Origin: Methanococcoides methylutens
GTDB taxonomy: Archaea > Halobacteriota > Methanosarcinia > Methanosarcinales > Methanosarcinaceae
DNA: 32,000 nucleotides
Direction of reading: 5' to 3'
NCBI RefSeq assembly: GCF_000765475.1
Contig: NZ_JRHO01000002.1
Location: 99,374 to 131,373 of the forward strand
Part shown: piece by piece, positions 1-8,743 of the stretch
How the letters are laid out: every line of letters begins with the position of its first letter
How positions within the stretch are numbered: the first letter of the stretch is position 1
Program-made: the position numbers and the translations under genes
The notes under the pieces: generated by a model
What the model was told of the DNA's origin: nothing
Databases searched by the model: none
The model's input: only the letters and a program-made list of their open reading frames with translations

Positions 1-469
1 CCGCATCCATGTACATCTCATTGATCCCCACCATGCCTCCGGGCTTCAACACCCTTACGAATTCCCTGAATGCCCTGTTCGTATCCAGGAACTGAGCCAC
101 GAACTCGGTGATCACCACATCAAAGGTATCAGGCTCAAAGGGCAGGTCGTAGGCATCACCCATACGGAATTCCACCCTCTCACCAAGACCTAATGATTTT
201 GCCCGCTCCTTTGCCTTCCTGATGGAAACCTCCGCAATATCGACACCAACAACAGAACAGCCAAACCTTTGAGCCACAAAACAAGCACTAAATCCTGTGC
301 CACATCCGACCATCAACACCTTGCTGTCCTTGTTCACCTGGCACAGTTCAGCCAACCGTTCTGTCGATGTTAAGCCACCCACATGAAAATATGGCACCCC
401 AAGGTAACTCATGAAATCATAGTAACCCAGATCTTCGATCTCTTTCATTGAAAGGTCGTTTTCTTGCAT
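1..469 (-). CDS. Class I SAM-dependent methyltransferase, N-terminal ~156 aa (C-terminus runs off the window start)
   Basis: Absent from the ORF track because it is truncated. My reverse-strand translation from the ATG (complement of 467-469) reads MQENDLSMKEIEDLGYYDFMSYLGVPYFHVGGLTSTERLAELCQVNKDSKVLMVGCGTGFSACFVAQRFGCSVVGVDIAEVSIRKAKERAKSLGLGERVEFRMGDAYDLPFEPDTFDVVITEFV... VLMVGCGTG is the glycine-rich SAM loop (motif I). VGVDI supplies the acidic residue after beta-2. Confidence 0.8.
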   Translation of the reverse strand, partial: MQENDLSMKEIEDLGYYDFMSYLGVPYFHVGGLTSTERLAELCQVNKDSKVLMVGCGTGFSACFVAQRFGCSVVGVDIAEVSIRKAKERAKSLGLGERVEFRMGDAYDLPFEPDTFDVVITEFVAQFLDTNRAFREFVRVLKPGGMVGINEMYMDA

Positions 470-563
470 AATGGATCACTTCAACAGTTAAAATAAATAT
501 AGGTGTTTGTTATGTATTCAATGATCGATACTACAATATCATTGCTTTTGAATCATCATAGAT

Positions 564-899
564 TCAATCTAACTGATACTCTTTTGTTTCTTTACCCAGG
601 AAATATCCCAGAACAGTCCTGATACCTACGACTGCACCTAAAAGTATAAGCTCTTCAGTTGTTGGAGCTAATACCGTCTCAAGAATATCGGCTGCTATGT
701 AAAATTCGAGTCCGAATATTATTTTATTAGTTAGGTCTCTTCGGACTCCATTATATTCATATGGTTTCTTAAAGATCTCAAGCATGATCACTTTATAGAT
801 TGATCTCAAGCCACCATACGTTATTAAAATACTTCCTACGATCGTAAATAAGCTTGCGATTACCCTTAAGATAAACTCTACGATTGTATATGTATCCAC
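564..899 (-). CDS. Small integral membrane protein, DUF1622-like
   Basis: 111-aa ORF with two or three hydrophobic spans. The FGLEFYIAADILETV segment matches my memory of the DUF1622 family. Confidence 0.65.
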   Translation of the reverse strand: MDTYTIVEFILRVIASLFTIVGSILITYGGLRSIYKVIMLEIFKKPYEYNGVRRDLTNKIIFGLEFYIAADILETVLAPTTEELILLGAVVGIRTVLGYFLGKETKEYQLD

Positions 900-1151
900 A
901 TAATCCCTCTAATAAGAATTACTTTGAAACTAAATAAAGAGTGGTACGTATGCCTTTAATGAAGTGATTTAAATTAATAAAAAAAGGAGAAAACTTGCTT
1001 ATTCTTAACGATCTGACCCAGCCTAATTGGCATAATAATTAGAGCTATCAAGATATCAAATAATTCCTCTAATTAATGAATGATATAAAAGCAACATATA
1101 CCTAAAAATTGAATTAATGCAAAAAAGGCATTGGAAAAAGCAAGTAACAGC

Positions 1152-1649
1152 TTAAACCTGCTTCTTTTTTAACTGATCTATTCGATCATATATGTGATGG
1201 ATCAGTTCTTCAAACTTATTGATCTCTAAGAGATAGTTCTCATACGTTTGGAGTTTTATTTTTTGCTCTTCAGTATTGACATGGTCTCTATACTCTTCTA
1301 TAAGAGGAGTTATCTTTTCTTTTGCAATGTTTAATTCGGTTTCAAAACCATTCCTGATCTGTATAGCAAAGGCATCCAACAGATTCTTTTCCATATGAAG
1401 ATATGTCTTGCGGGATCCGGGTTTATGTATCCGTTTTATACCCCAGAAATGTTCAATATTCTTTATCTTAAGGCTGATAGAAGCAAGGCTATATCCGGTC
1501 CTCTGTGCCAGTTCCTCCATACTTATTTCCTTGGATTCAAAATTAAGTATCGATAAGATCTGTGCAGTGGAATCATCAACTCCATAGCCTCTAAAGATCT
1601 CATGACCAATGTCAATTATCTTTTCTTCAATGTCAGTCATTTTTCTCAC
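1152..1649 (-). CDS. Winged-helix transcriptional regulator, GbsR/MarR-like
   Basis: 165 aa. The wHTH core EISMEELAQRTGYSLASISLKIKNIEHFWGIKRIHKPGSRKTYLHME is followed by a helical C-terminal half, as in GbsR-type repressors. It lies 44 nt downstream of the SMR gene on the same strand. The start could instead be M4 (1640). Confidence 0.7.
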   Translation of the reverse strand: MRKMTDIEEKIIDIGHEIFRGYGVDDSTAQILSILNFESKEISMEELAQRTGYSLASISLKIKNIEHFWGIKRIHKPGSRKTYLHMEKNLLDAFAIQIRNGFETELNIAKEKITPLIEEYRDHVNTEEQKIKLQTYENYLLEINKFEELIHHIYDRIDQLKKKQV

Positions 1650-1693
1650 TTGTATATCCGATTATTTTCTATTAAATATTGGGAAATGCATGA

Positions 1694-2011
1694 TCAAGCG
1701 GATACCAGTTTTAATCCACCAATTCCAACAGCAATTAGTCCGATAAAGAAGAGCCTGGTCACATTCATTGATTCATTGAAAAGGAATATTCCCAATACTG
1801 TTGTCCCGATGATCCCGATACCTGTCCAGACCGCATAGGCTGTTCCAACAGGCAATGTTCTCAAAGCTTTTTCCAATAGATACATACTTAAAATTAAAGT
1901 AACTACTGTAAATACGACTGGATAAAACTTTGTTAAACCATCACTATATTTTAATCCAACTGCCCATCCGGTTTCAAATATTCCTGCAATTAGTAAGTAT
2001 ATCCATTCCAT
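1694..2011 (-). CDS. sugE: SMR-family small multidrug/guanidinium exporter (SugE/Gdx subtype)
   Basis: 105 aa with four TM spans. It carries the membrane-embedded Glu in GIFETGWAVGLKYS and the VGTAYAVWTGIG motif typical of SugE/Gdx. Confidence 0.9.
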   Translation of the reverse strand: MEWIYLLIAGIFETGWAVGLKYSDGLTKFYPVVFTVVTLILSMYLLEKALRTLPVGTAYAVWTGIGIIGTTVLGIFLFNESMNVTRLFFIGLIAVGIGGLKLVSA

Positions 2012-2431
2012 AATTTCTACCTTTCATAGCATTTAATAAGTATTAAAAGCTATTGATGTTGAACTTTTATTTATGCATTTTGCCAGAGAACATCACTATA
2101 ATCTTGGGACCTTCAAATAAGATAGTTACATCCTTGTAGTCTCATATTCTTACTGATGCCTGTATACTATCAAAAATAAAAAGTAACAGGTCAGAGAAGT
2201 TAAAGTAGAGCTAAGACAATGATGATCATCTTCTTCTCTTGACAACAAAGAGAGCCATAACGATAGCTAATATTTTCCTCAACAACATGCGTCCATAACC
2301 TGCACCTTCTGAAGTTGCCAGATAGAAAACCCATCCAATTAGAAGAAAAATAGCAAATGCAGAACATTTAATGATGAAAAAATTAAAAAAGAAAATATAA
2401 AATCGATAACAAAACAGAAATCTCTGGATTA

Positions 2432-2716
2432 TCAAACTACTGGATTATATCCCATGTGCTCTGACACGAATTTCGCGACGTCACTTGATGCCATCACGGG
2501 AAAACTGTCAAAACGGCAGATGTCCAGCCAAGGGAACATACCCGCAGCATAAGCTTCAGAGTTCTCTACATCGTATAGAACAATATGCCGACAACTGGAA
2601 AGATCATCCCATTCACCGATGATCGTAATTCCTTCCGGATATTCCCAGTTTTCAAAACGTTCTCTCACTTCATTAATGTCCTTTGAGTCAAATGTGATTA
2701 TGTCCATAAACAACAT
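2432..2716 (-). CDS. DUF3303-like small soluble protein
   Basis: 94 aa with an MLFM N-terminus. The pattern ...GEWDDLSS..HIVLYDVENSEAYAAGMFPWLDICRFDSFPVM fits my memory of DUF3303. Confidence 0.55.
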   Translation of the reverse strand: MLFMDIITFDSKDINEVRERFENWEYPEGITIIGEWDDLSSCRHIVLYDVENSEAYAAGMFPWLDICRFDSFPVMASSDVAKFVSEHMGYNPVV

Positions 2717-3217
2717 TTCTTTATACTCCCCTTTAATTCACTTACATTTCATCCATTCATTTAATTATAGCCGAAAGCCCCGGCTTACGGCTGATCAGGT
2801 AAGAGAATTTCATTTCATTTCTCCCAAACCCATAAAGAAGATTTACATTATCACATATATTCTTATTTATGTAAGCTTTCTATTAGCAAGCGTTAAAGTG
2901 AGAAGTAAGAACAAAAATATCAGGTCTATATTTCGAAGCTATCTGATATCTGCGAGAATCAGTGAAGTAAACCTATGCTCTTGCATTCATTATCTCAATT
3001 GAAATACGATATTTATGATCTGGTGATAAAAAAATCGTTAACATGTATGCTGAATGGAAGAAAAGAAGGTCCTCAAAGTATACGTTACATTAGATGAAGA
3101 AGCCCGCAAAACCAAACGAACGTTTTATATAAAATTCATTGTACTTAGTCAATATAGACCGCAAATTAATCTCTTAAATGCACTATATCTTGAACAAAAA
3201 TCGTATTGGGAACTTAA

Positions 3218-3868
3218 ATGACAGTCGATGAAAATGTAAAGACGATCCTTAAGGAACTTGGAAGAACAAAACTTGTCTCCGTCACAAAGACGATCGACCC
3301 TGACAGGATAAATGAATCCATCAAGGCCGGAGCCACCATCATAGGGGAGAACAGAGTTCAGGAATTCGAGGACAAATGTGATGAGATCCTGCCCTGTGAA
3401 AGGCACCTTATAGGACATTTACAGACAAACAAGGTTAAAAAAGCCGTTCAGCACTTTGATGTGATCCAGTCGGTTGACTCACTAAAGTTGATACAGGACA
3501 TTGATAAGAAAGCCAAAGACATTGACAAGGTACAGAAAGTCTTCCTTCAGATAAATATTGGCAACGAGCCACAAAAATTCGGTTTTGGGTCAGATGAGAT
3601 CGGTCAGGTGCTAACAGAAATCCATTCACTCAAAAATGTTGATGTGAAAGGACTAATGTGCATACCCCCTTACGTATCACCTGAGCAAACACGTTCATAT
3701 TTCAAGAAAATGAAAGCGCTTTTTGATGAAATGAAACAGGTAGATCAAGATAATATCGATATCCAGGAATTATCAATGGGAATGTCCAATGACTACAGGA
3801 TAGCCATCGAGGAAGGGGCTACGATGGTACGTGTTGGTTCTGCAATATTCGGAAATCGTAAATACTGA
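3218..3868 (+). CDS. yggS: YggS-family pyridoxal-phosphate homeostasis protein
   Basis: 216 aa. LVSVTKT carries the PLP lysine. Also present are IGENRVQE, HLIGHLQTNKVK, LSMGMSNDY and the MVRVGSAIFG C-terminus, all hallmark YggS/PROSC blocks. Confidence 0.9.
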   Translation: MTVDENVKTILKELGRTKLVSVTKTIDPDRINESIKAGATIIGENRVQEFEDKCDEILPCERHLIGHLQTNKVKKAVQHFDVIQSVDSLKLIQDIDKKAKDIDKVQKVFLQINIGNEPQKFGFGSDEIGQVLTEIHSLKNVDVKGLMCIPPYVSPEQTRSYFKKMKALFDEMKQVDQDNIDIQELSMGMSNDYRIAIEEGATMVRVGSAIFGNRKY

Positions 3869-3989
3869 AATACTAAAATTTAGCTTTAGATGCTTGAGCA
3901 AGGAAGATTACTCTAAGTTTAATCTGAGATATCTGAAAGAAACTAAAACCGGAATACTGAAGCTCTAAACTAAAAATGAAAAAGGAATT

Positions 3990-4562
3990 TTATCCCTTTC
4001 TAAAGAAGAATGCTATCGCGAAGATCGCTAGAATAGAACTTAAGGTCTCAAACCCCGGAATTGAAGGAAGCTCGCACCGGGCATAGATATCTTCGGGCTG
4101 AGTGTTACCTACCATATGCCATTCTGCTTTATTTCCATCGACTACATTTGCATTAGATTCAACAATATCACCAGGCATCTCCAGATAATAATGTACATCT
4201 ATAGCAGCAGCTCCGTATTCTGAATAATCGGTCGTGAAGTTGTCGGTTATCGTATGTCGGTATATAAGGTAATCCCCGTCTGTTTCCGTATAGATGTTTG
4301 GTGGAATAAGTCCACTAATGATCATCTGCACATTATCGCCATCCCAGATCTCACTATATTCTCCACCTTCAGAAGCCACAATCTCTCTGATCTGGGTTTC
4401 CTCGTTCATTAGTGAATATACATATGAGCTAGTCTCTATGATCATCGTATGCTCTAAGATCTCACCGTCTCTATCGACTTTAGTATCATATGTAAGAGTC
4501 ACACAACCACTAATAAAAATACAAAAAATAAGTATTAAACATGAAATATATTTGTAATCCAT
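3990..4562 (-). CDS. Secreted surface protein with an N-terminal lipobox-like signal and a C-terminal PGF-CTERM archaeosortase signal
   Basis: I prefer the start at M19 of the track ORF (complement of 4560-4562): MDYKYISCLILIFCIFISGCVTL, a signal peptide ending in ISGC. The C-terminus reads ...LPSIPGFETLSSILAIFAIAFFFRKG, which is PGF, then a TM span, then a basic tail. Confidence 0.8.
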   Translation of the reverse strand: MDYKYISCLILIFCIFISGCVTLTYDTKVDRDGEILEHTMIIETSSYVYSLMNEETQIREIVASEGGEYSEIWDGDNVQMIISGLIPPNIYTETDGDYLIYRHTITDNFTTDYSEYGAAAIDVHYYLEMPGDIVESNANVVDGNKAEWHMVGNTQPEDIYARCELPSIPGFETLSSILAIFAIAFFFRKG

Positions 4563-4749
4563 AGGTTTCCCCCTTATAAAATCTGTCAGACACAATGCAA
4601 ATAGGCCGTTTTCCAATTATAAATTGGGAGCAGGAACATACTTAGCATTTTCTATGTCTATATTTCATTGGATGACTATTGGTTCACAGCCAAGTTCTTG
4701 TGAAATACAAATACTTATTGAGATCATTAAATATGCTGTTTAATATTTT

Positions 4750-5373
4750 TTAATAATCTCCTCCAAAATGAGGAATAATCCTGTGAACCTTTTTTTGGTA
4801 CTCCCTGTATTCGTCACCAAACCGTGACAGCAGTCTTTTTTCCACATGCAGCGAACCCAGATATATGTATATCGTAGACAAAATGTATATGATAAGCAGA
4901 TTGAAGGTCATAAAGGGAGTCAGCCAGATAATGATCAGACCTGAGAGCAGGAAGGGATCACGTATCCATCGGTAAATGCCCCGAATATCCAGGGAACCTG
5001 CTTCAGGAGTATTTGGTGCAGATAACTGTCCACTGATCTTGAACCTATGGGGTGCATCCATCAAACCTCTGGCACCAATGATGGCACCGATCAATTGACC
5101 GCCAACCATAAACCAGCGCCATGGAGAAGGTACTATGTAGAAGATAGGTCCCGGATTCTTGTATAGCAGGTAGATGAGTGGTAATATGGTTATCAATGCG
5201 ATAAGGCTGTACACTGGTCTGAATAATGTTTCTACCCGGGAACCCAAAATTTGCATTATAAAACGTTTGAAAGGCAGACTTGCTAAAAAGCTGTGAATAA
5301 CTGCAAATGTTACCAGACAAAATACAAGGATAATTGTGGATGAGACCAAATCTAATAACCCCCTTATTCTCAT
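4750..5373 (-). CDS. Membrane-bound methyltransferase-family protein (ICMT/PEMT/NnrU-like)
   Basis: 207 aa and polytopic. The C-terminal block GIYRWIRDPFLLSGLIIIW...HVEKRLLSRFGDEYREYQKKVHRIIP resembles the ICMT-type motif GxYxxxRHPxY...EE..L...FG..Y..Y. Confidence 0.7.
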   Translation of the reverse strand: MRIRGLLDLVSSTIILVFCLVTFAVIHSFLASLPFKRFIMQILGSRVETLFRPVYSLIALITILPLIYLLYKNPGPIFYIVPSPWRWFMVGGQLIGAIIGARGLMDAPHRFKISGQLSAPNTPEAGSLDIRGIYRWIRDPFLLSGLIIIWLTPFMTFNLLIIYILSTIYIYLGSLHVEKRLLSRFGDEYREYQKKVHRIIPHFGGDY

Positions 5374-5847
5374 TTGAATGATATTTATCTATTATTTATG
5401 ACTTGATATGACTTTCATATCTTCCTGGTGCCAATCGATTTTCGACAAGCTCCTTCACCAGCATCCAAAAATATTACATTATAGTTTCTTGATAAATATT
5501 AGAAGTTCACATAATATAAATTAAACGATATAAAGCACCCTACATCACCGGTCTTGAACAATAGTATCCTCTCCTGAGCAAGCTCGGCAATTACATGACC
5601 AAAAAGATCCTGCACATACATCAAGAAACTTGAAATGTGGACCCGAGTATTTTGTGGGAGTTGGTGATATAGTAAGTGAAATAAATGAAAGAAAATGGTC
5701 TCTGAAATCTATTATACTCTCCATTTTTCATATTGGTAAGATGTATAAGTTTCTTAATATGAGCCACAACAGATTATATAGAATTCTCTAGGAGAGGCTT
5801 GGATTATGAAAAGTCAAAAAAGCCAAAACTAAACAAAAATAAATCGT

Positions 5848-6055
5848 AAAAAAGTAAGTTGAAGGCAGTGATCAGGGATCGATCTGTCGACCTTATTGGA
5901 CAACATCTCGTTGGGCGACCCTTTCCCCCGATGTTCTCCCCCATCTCAGGTCGACCTAAAGGATTTACAAATGCCATATAAACCTTGAAAGATTATGGGG
6001 TTTTATACCCGATGGCGTTCTACCTTCTGATTCACTGCCACACCGCATCACTTAT
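5848..6055 (-). ncRNA. Candidate structured small RNA (unclassified); strand and ends tentative
   Basis: A GC-rich island sits inside an AT-rich 1 kb spacer with no ORF. Nested helices are present: 5886-5893 pairs with 5948-5955 (8 bp, gtcgacct/aggtcgac), and 5898-5907 pairs with 5930-5939 (9 bp plus one mismatch). For the minus strand there is a TATA-like ttttaaa (complement of 6078-6084) upstream and a T6 run (complement of 5848-5853) downstream. Confidence 0.3.
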
Positions 6056-6399
6056 GATACGGTAATAGAGTATATGTTTTAAAACTACTAATTGTTTTTG
6101 ATATACAATCTGGTAACAAAAAAGAAATTAAATATCATAAAAGAAAAGTAAAAAAGACAGAATCTATGACCTCAGCCTTTAAGATCAGCAATAAGTAACT
6201 CACAGGTCTGACTTGAACCTGCTCAGCCTATTCTCTTCTCCTAATCTGCACCTACAAGGAATTTCTTATAATTAAATCATATGGTTGTTTACAGTTAACA
6301 CATCGGGTTTCTGCAGAACCACTTCACAAGGAGAAATAATACACCTTAAATTATCGACCAGTCGAAAACCAATTCAAGTTAAATACAACCATATCCATC

Positions 6400-6420
6400 T
6401 ATATATAGGGGATATAGGGG
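6400..6420 (+). promoter_or_regulatory. TATA-box region upstream of the NTPase gene, with a tandem 9-bp repeat atatagggg x2
   Basis: tatatata occupies 6400-6407, about 28 nt before the ATG at 6432. atatagggg occurs twice back to back (6403-6411 and 6412-6420). The spacing implies a very short or absent leader. Confidence 0.35.
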
Positions 6421-6431
6421 AGTAAAACCGG

Positions 6432-6935
6432 ATGCTTCGAATAGCAATAACAGGAAAGCCCGGTGTGGGAAAATCAACTGTAGTGTCAAAAATTGTGGAA
6501 AAACTTGACCTAAAAGCCTGCGGAATCCGGGCTGCCGAAATACGCGTGGAAGGTCAACGCCAGGGATTTTCGATAGAGGACATCGATACTGGCAGAAAAG
6601 GTATCCTGAGCCATGTCGAATGCACCGGCCCGAAGATGGGAAAATATCATGTGAACCTTGAAGACCTTAATGATATCGGTGCAAAGGCGATCAGGGATGC
6701 CATTGGTTGTGATCTTGTAGTAATAGATGAGGTCGGGCCCATGGAACTCAAATCTGATAACTTTATCCGGGCTGTGGAAAAGGTCCTTGATTCGGAAAGG
6801 CCAATACTTGCTGTACTTCATAGATCGAGCAAACATCCGCTGGCGCAGAGGATAAGGGAGGAGTTCGAGGTTCTGACAGTTGATGAAGTCAATCGGGACG
6901 ATCTGCCTGATATAATTACCACGAGATTCCAGTAA
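6432..6935 (+). CDS. Nucleoside-triphosphatase, THEP1/MJ1559 family
   Basis: 167 aa. It has a Walker A at the extreme N-terminus (ITGKPGVGKST) and a Walker B (LVVIDEVGPMEL). Size and layout are typical of the archaeal NTPase_1 family. Confidence 0.9.
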   Translation: MLRIAITGKPGVGKSTVVSKIVEKLDLKACGIRAAEIRVEGQRQGFSIEDIDTGRKGILSHVECTGPKMGKYHVNLEDLNDIGAKAIRDAIGCDLVVIDEVGPMELKSDNFIRAVEKVLDSERPILAVLHRSSKHPLAQRIREEFEVLTVDEVNRDDLPDIITTRFQ

Positions 6936-7007
6936 GGCAGAGAAGAAGAAAAGAAAGCTGAGAATTCATATTTTGGATGAGCATAGCCATCAAGAGGGGA
7001 GATTTAA

Positions 7008-8681
7008 ATGGGGACAGAAACGGCAGCATTCGACTATGAAGAGGAAAGAAAGAATTTCAATTGGGATGTTCCTGAAGATTACAATTTTGTTAATACCATA
7101 AAGGAATGGGCAACGAATGAAAAAAAGTTGATGGCAGTTACCGAGCACCCGGACGGAAAGATTGAGAAAGCAGCGTACTGTGAGGTCTGGGACAATGCAA
7201 TGAGATTTGGAAATATCCTTCGGGGTTCAGGCATCCATAAAGGTGACCGGGTACTAGTAATACTTCCCAGGGGAACGGATGTTTATGTTGCGAGTCTCGG
7301 CATCTGGGCCATAGGTGGAGCTGTCGTTCCAAGTACGATCATGCTCAAAAGCAGGGACATAGACTACAGGATAATGGATGCCGGAGCAAAGGCTTTGATA
7401 ACAGATGATCCTGCAGTTGCTGATGAGGTAGATGCAATAAAGGACAGGATCCCGGAAATCAACCTATTCTTTTCAGGTCAGAGAGAAGGATGGAGAAATT
7501 ATGAAAAGGAGATCTATTCTGCATCCACAGACCTGAACCTCGAAACACTAAATGCAAGAGATCTTTTGGCCATCAACTACACCTCCGGGACCACAGGTGC
7601 ACCAAAGGGTGTATTGCATAACCATTCATTGATGTACTGCTTCGACAGGCTAAATCGATATTATTGGTGGAACACACGATCCGATGAGCTATGCTGGGCA
7701 ACAACCGAGCCAGGTTGGGCAAAATGGTATTGGGGACCGTTCGGTGCTGTTCTAAATGCAGGAGCTACCAACTTTCATTACTCCGGAAGATTTGAGCCTG
7801 AAAAATGGTTTGAACTGCTTGATAAATGGAATATAAATAAGGCATGTTTTACCCCAACGGAACTCAGGGCCATGGCAACGATCGAAGATGCGGACCAGAG
7901 ATTCGATCTGACGGAACTGAAGGTTATCTTAACTGCAGGTGAGCCCTGTACCCCGGGAATCGTTAATTTCTTCGATGAAAAGTTCGGGGTATCTGTGAGA
8001 GAGGGATACGGACAAACAGAAACCTGTGTCATTGCCTGCACCCTGCCCGGAATGAAAATAAAGCCCGGGTCCATGGGCAGGTTCACACCCGGTGTAGAGG
8101 GGGCAATTGTCGATCCCGATACAGGTGAAAAGTTACCCTCAGGCGAAAAGGGGACAATCGCTGTCGCAAGGGATCATCCTATGCTTTTCAAAGGATATCA
8201 CAACAAACCTGAAAAAACAGGAGAATGCTTTGTTGGAAACTGGTATCTGACCGGTGACCTTGCAATGCTGGATGAGGACGGATACATATGGTTCGAATCA
8301 AGGGCTGATGATATATGTATAAGTTCGGGCTACAGGATCGGTCCATTTGAAGTTGAAAGTGCAGTAAATTCTCATGAAGCTGTCATTGAATCGGCGATGA
8401 TCCCGAGTCCAGATCCAATAAGAGGAGAGGTTGTTAAGGTCTTTGTTGTCCTGAGGAAGGAATTCGAGCCATCTGAAGAACTTATTAAAGATATCCAGAA
8501 TCACGTCAAAAAGGTGACTGCTCCCTACAAATATCCAAGGGAAATCGAATTTTTAAGGGAACTACCAAAGACCATCAGTGGCAAGATCAAGCGCAAAGAG
8601 CTCAGGGTCACCGAGTTCGAGACAAAAATGGATGTAATCGAAAAGCTAAAAGAAAAAGGGCTGTGGCAAAGAGCCGATTGA
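7008..8681 (+). CDS. AMP-forming medium-chain acyl-CoA synthetase (ACSM/Macs-like)
   Basis: 557 aa. The AMP-binding signature YTSGTTGAPKG is present, along with GYGQTE, YLTGD and the C-terminal PKTISGKIKR lysine motif. The N-terminal FNWDVPEDYNF is typical of the medium-chain subgroup. Confidence 0.9.
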   Translation: MGTETAAFDYEEERKNFNWDVPEDYNFVNTIKEWATNEKKLMAVTEHPDGKIEKAAYCEVWDNAMRFGNILRGSGIHKGDRVLVILPRGTDVYVASLGIWAIGGAVVPSTIMLKSRDIDYRIMDAGAKALITDDPAVADEVDAIKDRIPEINLFFSGQREGWRNYEKEIYSASTDLNLETLNARDLLAINYTSGTTGAPKGVLHNHSLMYCFDRLNRYYWWNTRSDELCWATTEPGWAKWYWGPFGAVLNAGATNFHYSGRFEPEKWFELLDKWNINKACFTPTELRAMATIEDADQRFDLTELKVILTAGEPCTPGIVNFFDEKFGVSVREGYGQTETCVIACTLPGMKIKPGSMGRFTPGVEGAIVDPDTGEKLPSGEKGTIAVARDHPMLFKGYHNKPEKTGECFVGNWYLTGDLAMLDEDGYIWFESRADDICISSGYRIGPFEVESAVNSHEAVIESAMIPSPDPIRGEVVKVFVVLRKEFEPSEELIKDIQNHVKKVTAPYKYPREIEFLRELPKTISGKIKRKELRVTEFETKMDVIEKLKEKGLWQRAD

Positions 8682-8743
8682 AATAACAATCAAAAGTGTG
8701 GTCTGTAGGTAAATATTATTATTCAGTAAAGAGAAAATACTAC

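Noticed and set aside
1602-1838. ORFs 1602-1838, 13886-14074, 15621-15803 (as an independent gene), 17710-17892 and 20028-20210
   Set aside because: They overlap supported genes or promoters, have implausible composition, and have no motif support.
2012-2225. Guanidine riboswitch upstream of the SugE/Gdx gene
   Set aside because: I looked on the minus strand for ykkC/mini-ykkC-like paired ACGR hairpins and GC-rich helices and found none. The region is uniformly AT-rich.
2226-3002. ORFs 2226-2435 (69 aa, TTG start) and 2619-3002 (127 aa) as genes
   Set aside because: Both are low-complexity Phe/Ile/Lys/Ser-rich products of AT-rich spacer DNA. ORF 2226-2435 needs a TTG start, although its 4-nt overlap with the upstream stop leaves a small chance that it is a real membrane peptide. 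ORF 2619-3002 overlaps the DUF3303 gene antisense.
5865-6060. tRNA, C/D-box sRNA, SRP RNA or RNase P RNA identity for the GC-rich island
   Set aside because: Neither strand has a GTTCRAATC-type T-loop or a cloverleaf. The C-like box (gtgatgc) and the CTGA lie about 115 nt apart, too far for an archaeal C/D sRNA. I found no RNase P CR-I (GAGGAAAGTCC) or SRP helix-8 motifs. It is kept only as an unclassified candidate.
8696-8743. GTG-initiated N-terminal extension (MWSVGKYYYSVKRKYY) of the dehydrogenase
   Set aside because: The extension is AT-rich, Tyr/Lys-biased and begins 14 nt after the upstream stop. The ATG at 8744 gives a conventional N-terminus for this family.
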